Shown here: positions 46,395-57,021 of the stretch, piece by piece
Layout: each line of letters begins with the position of its first letter
Numbering within the stretch: the first letter of the stretch is position 1
DNA from: an uncultured delta proteobacterium
GTDB lineage: Bacteria; Myxococcota_A; Polyangia; Fen-1088
Direction of reading: 5' to 3'
Assembly (NCBI GenBank): GCA_963755125.1
Contig: CAVWIP010000002.1
Location: 1-64,000, forward strand
Length of the DNA: 64,000 nucleotides
The notes under the pieces: generated by a model
Seen by the model: only the letters and a program-made list of their open reading frames with translations
What the model was told of the DNA's origin: nothing
Database searches by the model: none
Position numbers and translations under genes: made by a program

Positions 46395-47648
46395 CTAAAT
46401 GACCACGCCGTCGGGGAGGATGCCGTCCTTGGGAACGACCACGATCCCTTCGCGGATGAAGTAGCCGTCGCCGTCCTTCTCTTTGATCCTCGCTTGGTTG
46501 ACGATGCGCACGCCGCGGCCGATGCGGGCGTTCTTGTCGATGATGGCCCCCTCGACGATCGAATCTGAGCCGACGCCGACTGGCGGTATGCCTCGCGCCT
46601 CTGTGGCGCGTATCTCATCCAATGTCTCGTAACTGTCGGCGCCGATGAGCAGACTGTTGCGGATGCGCACATTCCTGCCGATGCGGCTGCGGATGCCGAT
46701 GACGGCACGGTCGATATCCGCGCCCTGCAAGATACAGCCCTCGGAGATGAGCGCATTGTGAATGGTGCATTGATCCAGCTTCGAAGCAGGCAGGAAGCGC
46801 GGGTTGGTGAACACTGGCCGGGCAGCGTCGTAGAAATCGAAGGGCGGAATCGGCTGGCACAGAGCCAGATTGGCCCTGAAGTACGATGGAATCGTCCCGA
46901 CATCCTCCCAGTAGCCACGATAGACGTACGCCTGCACGCGCTGGTCGGGGACTGCATGGGGGATGACGTGGCGGCCGAAGTCAACCAGCTTCGGGTCCGA
47001 GACAGCCTTTTCCAGGATCTCCCGTCGAAAGATATAGATGCCCATTGAGGCCAGGTACCCGCGACCGTGTCCTGGTATGTCGGAAACCAAGCCCGGCAGT
47101 CGTTCGCGCGGCGGCTTCTCGTCGAAGAGAACGATGCGGCCGCTTGCATCCATCCTCAGAATGCCGAGTTCGCTGGCCTGCTCTTCCGCCACAGGGATCA
47201 CCGCCACGGTGGCATCGGCGCCGCTCTCGCGATGGGTGCGCAGCATTTGCCGGAAGTCCATGCTGTACAGTTGGTCTCCCGACAGCACCATCAGGTCGCG
47301 CGCGGATCTCCGATGCATGTGGCGCAGGCCCTGGCGCACGGCATCGGCCGTGCCCTGAAACCAGTCACCCCCCTCCTCGGTCTGCTCGGCGGCCAGCACG
47401 GTCACGAAGCCCGAAGAGAACACGTCGAATTTGTAGGTCATCGCGATATGCGTGTTCAGGCTCTCCGAGTTGAATTGCGTGAGCACGAAGATGTGTCGCA
47501 GCCCGGCGTTCAGACAGTTGCTGATGGGGATGTCGATGAGGCGATACTTGCCGCCGATGGGAACAGCCGGTTTCGAGCGCTTGAGAGTGAGGGGAAACAG
47601 GCGCGTTCCGCGTCCGCCCCCCAGGATGATTGCCAGCAGGTTGTCCAT
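46395..47648 (-). CDS. glgC: Glucose-1-phosphate adenylyltransferase
   Basis: GGGRGTRLFPLT..SKPAVP, FQGTADAV, SGDQLY, ASMGIY, YWEDVG. Confidence 0.96.
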   Translation of the reverse strand: MDNLLAIILGGGRGTRLFPLTLKRSKPAVPIGGKYRLIDIPISNCLNAGLRHIFVLTQFNSESLNTHIAMTYKFDVFSSGFVTVLAAEQTEEGGDWFQGTADAVRQGLRHMHRRSARDLMVLSGDQLYSMDFRQMLRTHRESGADATVAVIPVAEEQASELGILRMDASGRIVLFDEKPPRERLPGLVSDIPGHGRGYLASMGIYIFRREILEKAVSDPKLVDFGRHVIPHAVPDQRVQAYVYRGYWEDVGTIPSYFRANLALCQPIPPFDFYDAARPVFTNPRFLPASKLDQCTIHNALISEGCILQGADIDRAVIGIRSRIGRNVRIRNSLLIGADSYETLDEIRATEARGIPPVGVGSDSIVEGAIIDKNARIGRGVRIVNQARIKEKDGDGYFIREGIVVVPKDGILPDGVVI

Positions 47649-47711
47649 GGCCGCCCTGTTTACCTCAGAATCTCACGGCACGCAGCGTCCCCCGACGCGG
47701 TCGAGGCGCAT

Positions 47712-48161
47712 TCAGCCGCGCAGCGGGACCACCAGCACCGGGCAAGGAGACTTGTGCAGCACCCTTTCGGTCACGCTGCCCAGAACCGCATGGGCCAAGC
47801 CGCCGTGACCGTGGGTGCCCATCACGATGAGATCCGCGGCGACCTCGCGTGCCCGTCTGACGATCTCTGCGTGCGGGCTGCCCTCCCTGCTTTGGGTGTC
47901 ACAGGGTATTCCGGCCGCCCGAACCCGCTGGGCGTCTTCGGTCAATCGCGCTTCTACCCGCTTTGACAAGTCGGGCATCAAGACCGAGAAAGGCACGACC
48001 TCTACCGGTGGCGGCAACAAAGCAACCGTCGCGGTGACGTGCAGAAGTTCGATGCCAGCATCGAATGCCCGCGCCAGGACCACCGCCGCCTGCACAGCCT
48101 CACCCGCAGCGTCCGAAAAATCGGTCGGCACCAAGATGCGTCGGATCTTCGCGTTTTCCAT
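47712..48161 (-). CDS. Universal stress protein
   Basis: ILVPTDFS, DLIVMGTHG, LGSVTERV..CPVLVV. Confidence 0.93.
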   Translation of the reverse strand: MENAKIRRILVPTDFSDAAGEAVQAAVVLARAFDAGIELLHVTATVALLPPPVEVVPFSVLMPDLSKRVEARLTEDAQRVRAAGIPCDTQSREGSPHAEIVRRAREVAADLIVMGTHGHGGLAHAVLGSVTERVLHKSPCPVLVVPLRG

Positions 48162-48297
48162 GACTGCCCCCTTTCGTTCGCCCCAAGAACAAATGTACCG
48201 CAGCCAAGCGCGCTTGCTGTGCAAAAGGGCGTGCGCATGGGTAATCGCGGAGACAAGCTCAACCCGGGGATCAGAAGTGAGTCCGCGGAGGTAATCG

Positions 48298-49278
48298 ATG
48301 TCCTTGCTTGATTCGTTGAAGCGCTTCACCACCGTCGTTGCCGACACAGGCGACATTGACGCAATTGCCCAGCACAAGCCCCAGGACGCGACCACGAATC
48401 CGTCGCTGTTGCTCAAGGCCGCACAGGACAAAAGATACCGTCCGCTCGTCGAAGAGGCCTTGCGCCACGCGGCCCGCGCGGGCCGCGACCACGCACAGCA
48501 AACCAGCCTTTTCATGGACAAGTTGTTCGTGAACTTCGGCTGCGAGATCCTCAAGATCATTCCCGGTCGCGTGTCCACCGAGGTGGATGCCCGCCTGAGC
48601 TTCGACACCGTGGGCAGCATCGCCAAGGCGCGTGAAATCATCGGCCTGTATCACGAGGCGGGCGTGGCGCGCGAGCGCGTACTCATAAAGCTGGGTACGA
48701 CCTGGGAAGGCATCCGTGCGGCCGAGCAGCTGGAGAAAGAACGCATCCACTGCAACATGACCCTGCTCTTCAGTTTTGCCCAGGCCGTGGCCTGCGCCGA
48801 GGCCAAGGTGACGTTGATATCGCCGTTCGTGGGCCGCATCTATGACTGGCACAAGAAGGCGAGGAACGTGACTGACATCCCGCGCGCAGAGGATCCGGGC
48901 GTGGCCTCGGTCGTGCACATCTACAATTACTACAAGAAATTCGACTATGCGACGCAGGTGATGGGCGCGAGCTTTCGCAAGGTCGAGCAAATCATCGATT
49001 TAGCTGGATCGGATCTGCTGACCATCAGTCCCGACCTGCTCGCGCAACTCGCCGGGCGCGAGGGCGAGGTTGCGCGCTCTCTCGACCCGGTTCGCGCCAA
49101 GAGTCTCGACATTGCGCCGGTTCATCTCGACGAGAAGGCCTATCGCTGGATGCACAACGAGGACGCGATGGCCGTGGAAAAGCTGAGCGAGGGCATCCGC
49201 TTGTTCAACGCCGACGCGCGCAAACTGGAGGCCTACGCTCAGGGCGAGGTGGCTAAAGGGTCGGCGGCCGGGAGTTGA
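48298..49278 (+). CDS. tal: Transaldolase
   Basis: [43 protein letters not shown]. Confidence 0.96.
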   Translation: MSLLDSLKRFTTVVADTGDIDAIAQHKPQDATTNPSLLLKAAQDKRYRPLVEEALRHAARAGRDHAQQTSLFMDKLFVNFGCEILKIIPGRVSTEVDARLSFDTVGSIAKAREIIGLYHEAGVARERVLIKLGTTWEGIRAAEQLEKERIHCNMTLLFSFAQAVACAEAKVTLISPFVGRIYDWHKKARNVTDIPRAEDPGVASVVHIYNYYKKFDYATQVMGASFRKVEQIIDLAGSDLLTISPDLLAQLAGREGEVARSLDPVRAKSLDIAPVHLDEKAYRWMHNEDAMAVEKLSEGIRLFNADARKLEAYAQGEVAKGSAAGS

Positions 49279-49746
49279 TTCCAGGCGCATCGGAGTCCAG
49301 ACAATCGCCCCGCATAGTGGCGGAGCGTTGCCTGCGGCCCACCCGAACCCGCCCCAGTACCCACCCAGGCAGTCACTCCGCCACGATGCCGAGGCCCGAC
49401 CCCCTCCCGACGGCACTCTTCTCCCCTACGCCACCCACGCCGCCCGTCCGGAACCCTGGTCTGCCCGCGCCACCACACAATACCACCCAACGCAGACCCC
49501 CCTGTACCCAGTGCCTCCTCCCACCCGCAGTCAATACAAACGGCGTGCCACCGCAAGCAAGGGGGAAGCGTACGCGATTCGACGTACGGACAAGAGCCGG
49601 CGTTACGGGGTGGTAATGTCTCGTCGTCAGCGCGGCACTGAAGGGAGACATGGTCACACTGTCTGCAAGAGCGCGCGACCGATCATAGTGGCCGAAACGA
49701 TGGATGCTGGCGAGAGCAGGCGGGCAGAGGTCAGCACCGTCTGGGC

Positions 49747-49762
49747 CGGCACGGTCATTGCT
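49747..49762 (+). promoter_or_regulatory. Sigma54 -24/-12 promoter
   Basis: CGGCACGGTCATTGCT, close to the TGGCACN5TTGC consensus, 40 bp upstream of the STAS gene. Confidence 0.7.
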
Positions 49763-49801
49763 TTCAGTCGACACGGGATTTGAAGTAGAGGAGAAACGCA
49801 G

Positions 49802-50101
49802 ATGGACTTTTCAATGAGTAGATCGGATGGCGTGGCTACTCTTCGCATCAAGGGCGAGTTGGACGCGGTCACCATTCCGGATCTCCGCCCGTCGGTCGAC
49901 GCCTTGGTCGCTGAGCGGCAACCTCGCGTCGTCGTCGACGCGTCTGACCTGCGGCTCATCGACAGTATGGGCGTGGGTACGTTGGTGCGCCTGTACAAGA
50001 AGGCCAAGGAGTACGGCGGCGTTGTGACCGTCTGCGGTTTGCACGATCAGCCACTGTCGATCTTCAAGCTCCTGCGCCTGGATCGGGTTCTGCTAGCGTG
50101 A
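49802..50101 (+). CDS. STAS anti-sigma factor antagonist
   Basis: GELD, IDSMGVGTL phosphoacceptor motif; GAGGAG RBS. Confidence 0.9.
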   Translation: MDFSMSRSDGVATLRIKGELDAVTIPDLRPSVDALVAERQPRVVVDASDLRLIDSMGVGTLVRLYKKAKEYGGVVTVCGLHDQPLSIFKLLRLDRVLLA

Positions 50102-50442
50102 TGCCTCTGCCCGGGGGCTTTCTGATCGCGCCTCGGGATCTGTCGCCTGCTTCTCGGTAAGAAGCGCACGAAGTTGTCCCGCGGCATAACATAAGATGTA
50201 CGCGGCCCAGGGGATTCACCCGGCCCGCTCTGTTACAGTTCCGCTCCGCAGGTGGATCAAGAATCGCGCTCGTGATATGGAATAGCCGACCGCGATCCGG
50301 GGTGGCACTTGAGGGGAGGCAAGACACTTATTGGCAAGTTGATGGCCATAGCCGAGACAGCCCTGGCAGGTTCAATGCTCCCGCAGCCGCTGCGGTTCGG
50401 CTTCGACTGCGAGGACATGGCCCGCGGCGAGGGGGGCGTGTA

Positions 50443-53400
50443 GTGGCACAGAACACCCGCCTCGCGCGGGTCGCGGATGGCTGCGCCCTGCTCACGGCTG
50501 CTATCGGGCTGTGTTCACTCGCCGGTTGGGTGCTCGACATCGACTCGCTCAAGCGGGTGCTACCGGGCCTCGCCGCGATGAAGTTCAACACCGCCCTCAG
50601 CTTCGTGCTTGCCGGAGCGGGGCTCTGGGGACGCCAGCGGCCATCTGTGAGGCTCGCGCTCGGGGCGCTCGTGGCATTGCTCGGCGCTCTGTCGCTCGGT
50701 GAGTACCTCGCCGGGCTAAACCTCGGAATCGACCAGCTATTCGTCCGCGACGTGGTTGCTCCGTCGGAGGAGGTGTTTCCACCGGGACGGATGGCGCCCT
50801 CCACTGCACTTTGCTTTCTGTCGCTCGGCGTTGCGCTGACGGGAAGCGGCGGTGCCCAGCGCCAGCGGGCTCCCCACGCGACCAGGCGTATCGGCCCCGC
50901 CGTCGAGTTGCTCGCGCTGGTCGCCACTGTCATCGCTGGCTTGTCGTTGATCGCCTTTCCCACCGGGGCTGTCTACCTGCGCCAGTGGCCGGGCTTTGTC
51001 AGCATGGCTCTGCCCACGGCTGTTGCGTTCGTGGTGCTTGGGGTGGGCATCCTCTGCGCTGCCGAGGGGATGGTTGTGAGGAGCGTGGGTCTGCGAGGCA
51101 CAGGTGGCGTGCTGTGGGTCGGCTTTGGCGTACTCACACTCTTGCTGGCAACCGTCGGCACCGTGTTCGCGGTCAACCTTCAAACGCTTGCCGATGACCT
51201 CCACTCCCAGGCGAACGTCGCGCGTCCTCGCAGAGAGGCAACCCTCGAACTGGAGAACGGGGTCTTGGGCTATGGCCAAGCCATTCATCCGGCTATGGCT
51301 GGCGACACGCAAGCCCGGCAGACTGCATCCGAAGAGGCCATCGAGATCGACCGCGACCTCGCCGAGTACCGAGCGCTCGTCACCACCGACCACCAGCGAG
51401 ACTTGGCCGCGCGCTTCGCAGCCGAGTGGCGGGACGTTCACGCGCTGGGCGCGGCGCTGCTGGAGGCCGGCAGCCAGGCGAGCCCGGAGGACCAGGCGCA
51501 TTTTGCCGTCCTCCGTATGCGGCTGCAGAACATGGTCAAGGATGAGATGCGGAGTGACGCCGTTGAGAGCTTCGAAGTGCGCAAGAGCACCACGCTCCGT
51601 GACCTGCAAACCACCAGCCACTTACCGTTGCTGCTTCTCGTGGTCAGCGTGCTCCTCGCCTTGTTGACCAGCGGGGTTGTCGCTCGCGCCGTCTCGAAGC
51701 AAGAGCAGGCCGTGCGCGACCAGCGCGAGTGGCTGCGCGTGACTCTTTCCAGTATTGGCGACGGCGTGATCGCCTGCGACACGGAACGCCGGGTCACCTT
51801 CCTCAATCCCGTCGCTGAATCGCTCACCGGCTGGAAGACCGACGAGGCTCTGGGAAAACCGATCGCAACCATCCTCCGGCTCATCAACGAGCAGACCCAC
51901 GAGCCAGCAGGTGACATCGCAGAGCAGGTTCTGCGCGAAGGGCGAGTTGTCGCGCTGGCCAACCACACAGCCCTGATCACCCGCGACGGTCGTCAGATTC
52001 CCATCGAGGACAGCGCGGCGCCCATCACCGACGATTCGGGCAAGGTGTCTGGTGCGGTGCTGGTTTTCCACGACGTCACGCAACGGCGGCGCGCCATCGA
52101 CCAGTTGAAGGAGAGCGAGGCGCGTCTCCGATTGTTGTCGGGTACTGCCGGCCGGCTGCTCGCAGCCGAGAACCCTCAGACCGTGGTCAACGAGCTGTGC
52201 CAGGGCGTGATGGACCACCTGGACTGCCAGGCGTTCTTCAACTTCCTCGCCGACGAGTCCACCGGCCGGCTGCGGCTGAATGCCTGCGCCGGAATTCTCG
52301 ACGAAGAAGTTAGCAAACTCCAATGGCTCGACTACGGCGTGGCGGTTTGCGGCTGCGTGGCACGCGACAAGCAGCGAATCATTGCCGAGGACATCCTCAA
52401 TTCCTCCGACCGCCGAACCGACCTGGTCAAATCCTACGGAATCCAGGCCTACTGCTGCCATCCGCTCATGGTCCAGGGACAGCTCATCGGCACCCTGTCG
52501 TTCGGGACCAGGACTCGGTCCCGTTTCAGCCCCGAGGATGTCGAAACCATGAGAACGGTCGCCGACCAGGTCGCCACGGCCATGGAGCGCATGCAGGCAC
52601 AGGTGGCCTTGTCTGCGGCCAACCAGCAACTGGTCGAGGCCGACCGGCGCAAGAACGAGTTCTTGGCGGTGCTGTCGCACGAACTGCGCAATCCGCTGGC
52701 GCCCATCCGAAACAGCCTCTACATCCTCGACCGCGCCACGCCGGGCAGCGAACAGGCGCACCGCGCTCAGATGATCATCGACCGCCAGGTCGGACACCTG
52801 TCGCGTCTGGTGGATGACCTTCTCGACCTGACCCGCATCTCGCGCAGCAAGATCCGGCTCGAGTGCCGGCCGCTGGAGCTCAATGACCTCGTCCGACGGA
52901 CCGTCGAAGACCACCGTTTGCTCTTCGAGAAGAGCGAGATCCAACTCGAGATCAAAGTCGCAGCCGAGCGTTGTAGCGTGAATGCCGACGGGACGCGCCT
53001 GGCGCAGGTGATCGGGAACCTGCTGCAGAACGCGGCGAAGTTCACCTCTCGCGGTGGGCGTGTCACGGTGTCGGTTTCCGTCGATCAGGCGAAGCGGCAC
53101 GCCGTTCTTCGTGTGTCGGACAATGGAATCGGCATACCGCCAGAGTTGATTGGCCGTCTCTTCCAGCCCTTCATGCAGGCGGACAGTACCCTGGATCGGA
53201 GCAAGGGCGGGCTGGGCCTCGGACTGGCGTTGGTCAAGGGACTTGCCGAACTGCACGGTGGGGAGGTTGGCGCGCACAGCGACGGGCTAGGAAAGGGCGC
53301 CGAGTTCGTCGTGCGCCTCCCGCTTGCCATCGACAACGTCATCGCGCCCGAAGCAGGCGGCGGCCATGACCGTGCCGCCGGTCGCCGCGTGCTCATCATC

Positions 53401-53802
53401 GAGGACAACGTCGACGCCGCGGACAGCCTGCGCGAGGCACTCGAATTTGGTGAACACGAGGTGGCCGTGGCCTACAACGGGCCCGACGGGCTCTCCATAG
53501 CCCGCGAGTTCCGGCCCGAGGTGGTGTTCTGCGACATCGGGCTGCCTGGCATGGACGGCTTTGAAGTTGCGCGTGCGTTTCGGGCCGACCAGGCACTCAA
53601 TGCGGCGTTTCTGGTGGCATTGAGTGGCTATGCGCTGCCCGATGATCTGCAACGCGCTTCCGAGGCTGGCTTTCACCGCCACCTCGCCAAGCCGCCGAGC
53701 CTTGAGAAGCTCGAGGGTGTGCTCGCGGAACTGGTCCCTTGGAAGGTTTGTGCTGCTCAGCCCGGTGCGGGACGAGCCTTCAGTGGGGAAACGCCAGGCT
53801 GA
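50443..53802 (+). CDS. Membrane hybrid histidine kinase (PAS, GAF, HisKA, HATPase, REC); start uncertain
   Basis: MKFNTAL TM block, TLSSIGDGVI PAS, GVAVCG GAF, SHELRNP, REC. Confidence 0.9.
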   Translation: MAQNTRLARVADGCALLTAAIGLCSLAGWVLDIDSLKRVLPGLAAMKFNTALSFVLAGAGLWGRQRPSVRLALGALVALLGALSLGEYLAGLNLGIDQLFVRDVVAPSEEVFPPGRMAPSTALCFLSLGVALTGSGGAQRQRAPHATRRIGPAVELLALVATVIAGLSLIAFPTGAVYLRQWPGFVSMALPTAVAFVVLGVGILCAAEGMVVRSVGLRGTGGVLWVGFGVLTLLLATVGTVFAVNLQTLADDLHSQANVARPRREATLELENGVLGYGQAIHPAMAGDTQARQTASEEAIEIDRDLAEYRALVTTDHQRDLAARFAAEWRDVHALGAALLEAGSQASPEDQAHFAVLRMRLQNMVKDEMRSDAVESFEVRKSTTLRDLQTTSHLPLLLLVVSVLLALLTSGVVARAVSKQEQAVRDQREWLRVTLSSIGDGVIACDTERRVTFLNPVAESLTGWKTDEALGKPIATILRLINEQTHEPAGDIAEQVLREGRVVALANHTALITRDGRQIPIEDSAAPITDDSGKVSGAVLVFHDVTQRRRAIDQLKESEARLRLLSGTAGRLLAAENPQTVVNELCQGVMDHLDCQAFFNFLADESTGRLRLNACAGILDEEVSKLQWLDYGVAVCGCVARDKQRIIAEDILNSSDRRTDLVKSYGIQAYCCHPLMVQGQLIGTLSFGTRTRSRFSPEDVETMRTVADQVATAMERMQAQVALSAANQQLVEADRRKNEFLAVLSHELRNPLAPIRNSLYILDRATPGSEQAHRAQMIIDRQVGHLSRLVDDLLDLTRISRSKIRLECRPLELNDLVRRTVEDHRLLFEKSEIQLEIKVAAERCSVNADGTRLAQVIGNLLQNAAKFTSRGGRVTVSVSVDQAKRHAVLRVSDNGIGIPPELIGRLFQPFMQADSTLDRSKGGLGLGLALVKGLAELHGGEVGAHSDGLGKGAEFVVRLPLAIDNVIAPEAGGGHDRAAGRRVLIIEDNVDAADSLREALEFGEHEVAVAYNGPDGLSIAREFRPEVVFCDIGLPGMDGFEVARAFRADQALNAAFLVALSGYALPDDLQRASEAGFHRHLAKPPSLEKLEGVLAELVPWKVCAAQPGAGRAFSGETPG

Positions 53803-53926
53803 CTCACCTCGGGGGCAAACCGGTCCGGCGTTGCTGCCATGCCACGTCTCGGCCAGCTTGAGCATCGAACGGCGAAGCAATCTAACCCAGCGTTCAAGGG
53901 GAGCAGCGGCCACCGAGGAGAGAGAC

Positions 53927-55123
53927 ATGACGATGACAATGGAGCGACGGCAGTTTCTGACAGCAAGCTTGGCCGGTCTGGGCAGCATCGTGTTCGCCTC
54001 TGATCTGCTCAGGGGCAAAGCGGCGCGAGCGGCCAGCCGGAGCGGCGAGGATTTCTTCTTCGTGCAGCTATCGGACACGCACTGGGGGTTCAACAATCCC
54101 GCCATCAACCCTGACTTCGCCAGCACCTTGCCCAAGGCCATCGCCGCAGTGAACGTCTTGCCGCACCAGCCGGACTTCGTCGTGTTCACCGGCGACCTGA
54201 CCCACACCACCGACGACGACAAGGAACGTCGGGCGCGCCTGGCCAAGTTCCGCGAGCTGAGCCGCGGGCTGAAGGTCGACAACATCAGGTACCTGCCTGG
54301 CGAGCACGACGCCTCGCTCGACCGGGGTGCGGCCTATCGCGAGCAGTTCGGCCCCTCGTACTACGTGTTCGATCACAAGGGGGTACACTTCATCGCGCTC
54401 GACAACGTGTCGGACGCCGCGGCCCATCTGGGCGATGAGCAGCTACGCTGGCTCGACGCCGACCTCAAGAAGCAGAACCACGCGGCCCCCATTGTCGTGC
54501 TCACCCACCGGCCGCTGTTCGATTTGGCGCCCGACTGGGACTGGGCGACGCCCGACGGAGGCCGGGCGGTTGAGCTGCTCATGCCCTACCAGAACGTCAC
54601 CGTCCTGTACGGACACATCCACCAGGAGAACCATCACCAGAGTGGACACATCGGCCACCACGCGGCGAAGGGGCTGATGTACCCGCTACCGGCGCCGCAT
54701 TCGGTGCCCAAGAAGGCGCCGATTCCCTGGGATCCGGTTCATCCCTACCAGGGGTTGGGATACCGCCAGGTCCAGGCGCGCGTCCGGCAGACGGACCTGG
54801 CGCTCACCGAACTTCCCGTGGTGCCGGCCAAGCAGCCGTTACCGTCGGAGCAGGTGGTGAAGGTGACGGCGAAGAAGTTCGAGTATTCTCCCAGCGTGAT
54901 CGTGCTGAAGCGGGGTGTGCCCGCGGTTTTGCAACTGACGTCGCTCGACCGACGGCACGGCTTCAACTGCCCTGGGCTCAATTTGCAGGCGGAGATCAAT
55001 CCCGGGACGGTCACCCGGGTGAAGTTCACGCCTGACAGGGTAGGCGAGTTCCCCTTCCACTGCGACGTCTTTTGCGGCAGCGGTCACGACCAGATGGAGG
55101 GCACCATCAAGATTACCGAGTAG
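53927..55123 (+). CDS. Tat-exported metallophosphoesterase fused to CuA-type cupredoxin
   Basis: RRQFL; DTH, GDL, GEHD, HRP and GHIH motifs; C-terminal HG..CDVFCGSGHDQM. Confidence 0.88.
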   Translation: MTMTMERRQFLTASLAGLGSIVFASDLLRGKAARAASRSGEDFFFVQLSDTHWGFNNPAINPDFASTLPKAIAAVNVLPHQPDFVVFTGDLTHTTDDDKERRARLAKFRELSRGLKVDNIRYLPGEHDASLDRGAAYREQFGPSYYVFDHKGVHFIALDNVSDAAAHLGDEQLRWLDADLKKQNHAAPIVVLTHRPLFDLAPDWDWATPDGGRAVELLMPYQNVTVLYGHIHQENHHQSGHIGHHAAKGLMYPLPAPHSVPKKAPIPWDPVHPYQGLGYRQVQARVRQTDLALTELPVVPAKQPLPSEQVVKVTAKKFEYSPSVIVLKRGVPAVLQLTSLDRRHGFNCPGLNLQAEINPGTVTRVKFTPDRVGEFPFHCDVFCGSGHDQMEGTIKITE

Positions 55124-55180
55124 CCAACCTGCGATATCAATGGCAAGATCTGCACCGTCCCTACCCGGAGGTGTGTGTCG

Positions 55181-55813
55181 ATGAGCTGCTATCGCGTCCC
55201 GGAGCCGTTTCGTCCGATCTTCGAGAAGGCTGAGAGCTACGTTCAGAGGCTGTTCAACGATGTCGTGCGCAAGCCTGAGCAGGGTACCATCCACATCGGT
55301 GGCGAACGCTACGTCTGGCTCCGCTGTGAGAGCCTGTATCTGAGCTGGTTCGAACGTATGGCCACAGCCTTTGGCGCCGACGCAGCCCGGGAGTTCATCT
55401 ACAACACCGCCCGCGAGATCGGACGCTCCGACTCCGAGGCGTTCGCGCAGCGCCTGAAAGTACCACCGGGGGTGGAAAGGCTCGCTGCCGGACCGATCCA
55501 TTTCGCTCATGCGGGCTGGGCTTTCGTCGACATCTTGCCCGATAGCGCTCCGGCCACCAACGATTCCTATTTCCTACACTACTATCACCCCAACACTTTC
55601 GAGTCTGAGGTGTACAACAAACGGGGCAAGCAGAGCGACAGTTGCATTTGCTATTTCAGCGCCGGCTACTCCGCCGGCTGGTGCTCGGCGGCCTTTGGCG
55701 TGGACGTCCACGGCCGGGAGATCCGCTGCACGGCACGCGGCGACAAGTCCTGCGAGTTCATCATGGCGCCGGAAGGCAAACTGGATCCACTTCAGAAGAA
55801 GCTTTTGGGGTGA
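55181..55813 (+). CDS. Stand-alone XylR-N/V4R (4-vinyl reductase) domain protein
   Basis: GTIHIGGERY, HAGW, C..SAGYSAGW..EIRC.ARGD..CEF. Confidence 0.82.
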   Translation: MSCYRVPEPFRPIFEKAESYVQRLFNDVVRKPEQGTIHIGGERYVWLRCESLYLSWFERMATAFGADAAREFIYNTAREIGRSDSEAFAQRLKVPPGVERLAAGPIHFAHAGWAFVDILPDSAPATNDSYFLHYYHPNTFESEVYNKRGKQSDSCICYFSAGYSAGWCSAAFGVDVHGREIRCTARGDKSCEFIMAPEGKLDPLQKKLLG

Positions 55814-55816
55814 ACC

Positions 55817-56083
55817 TTGCCTGCCTTCGGTTTCGCCGGTAACAAGCCGGAAGGCCTCTCGATCTTCTCAAAAGAAGTATTCGACGTGGTGGCCAGGTAT
55901 ACAGCGTTCCCCTGGCCGATTATTTCCGCGCAGTGCCGCCGCGCCAATGTTGACCCGGTGAATCTAGACGGGGAGGGTCTGCGGAAGGTTCTCGATTTCA
56001 TCGCCGAGGGAGTCGGATATTTCACGTCGCCGGAAAAGGCGATGCTCGTGCGGCGGGAACTCGCCCTCCTTGCCAGGGTTTGA
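55817..56083 (+). CDS. Small hypothetical protein coupled to the V4R gene
   Basis: 88-aa ORF 3 bp after the V4R stop, TTG start. Confidence 0.55.
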   Translation: MPAFGFAGNKPEGLSIFSKEVFDVVARYTAFPWPIISAQCRRANVDPVNLDGEGLRKVLDFIAEGVGYFTSPEKAMLVRRELALLARV

Positions 56084-56118
56084 ATAGCAGCCGACGTGGG
56101 ATACCCTCGATCTGCGCG

Positions 56119-56938
56119 CATGTCGGGCAGCAAGACCAGACTTGGCTTTTCCGGCGGCGACGAGCCGCCTCCCTCGGATTCCGAGGGCGAGGCTTCGCCA
56201 CGCGCGGCTCGTACCATGATCGGACATGACATCCATCTGCGTGCGCCGCTCGATCTGCGTCCCGCGGGCAGCGCCCCGCTGACCCCTCGGCAAGGGACGC
56301 CGGCCCGCGTGCCCGAGACCCCGCGGCAAGAGGCGCTGGGCGGCGTGCCCGAGGCCATCACCGACGACACCACCGAGGAACTTCCCGCGCGTCCCAGTCA
56401 CAGCGGCAAGACCAAGTTTCCGGCGCTGGCACGGTTGTTCGGCCGCTGGACCACCGGGGGCCGCTTTCTCTCGCGCAGTCGCATGTCGGGCAGCGATGAC
56501 GATTTTTCGGACGTGCCGCGCGAGGCCTGGGTTTCCCGCGCAGGCGTCTTTCTGCTGGCCGCCGTCTTCAGTTTCCTCGTGGCATTGGCGGTGCTCAAAT
56601 TGCACCGATGCAGCACAGCGGCCTCGGGGCCGTCTGTCCCGACGCAGGTGTCGGCGACGTCAGCCCCTTATGTGCCACCCGCCGCTGGCGTGGCGCCGGA
56701 GGTCTTGCCCACGCCGTCTCCGGCGCCGGGTCCGTCCGCGGCCGCGCCGGTTGCTGCAATCTCGGTTGCGTCTGCGGCGCAGTTTCAGGGCGTTGGCCCC
56801 ACGATCAGCCATCGGCCCGCGAGACGGGCAGGGTCTGACGCCACCGGGAAGCCTGGCAGCAAGCCCAGGCCGCACGATCGCGTGACGTCCCCCACGGGGA
56901 AGATGGCCAGGGACGCCCTCCTGCCGCTCAACATGTAA
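56119..56938 (+). CDS. Pro-rich single-TM hypothetical protein
   Basis: Low-complexity halves around one TM helix. Confidence 0.6.
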
Positions 56939-57021
56939 CAGCCAGCCCGTCTGCGTTCACACCGTCCGGAAACGTGGCACTAGTCTTGCCCGAAGCTGTA
57001 AGCCATGCTACGGGACACTAG

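Noticed and set aside
51622..53277. 551-aa minus-strand ORF and similar ORFs opposite the kinases
   Set aside because: Antisense shadows with no recognisable motifs
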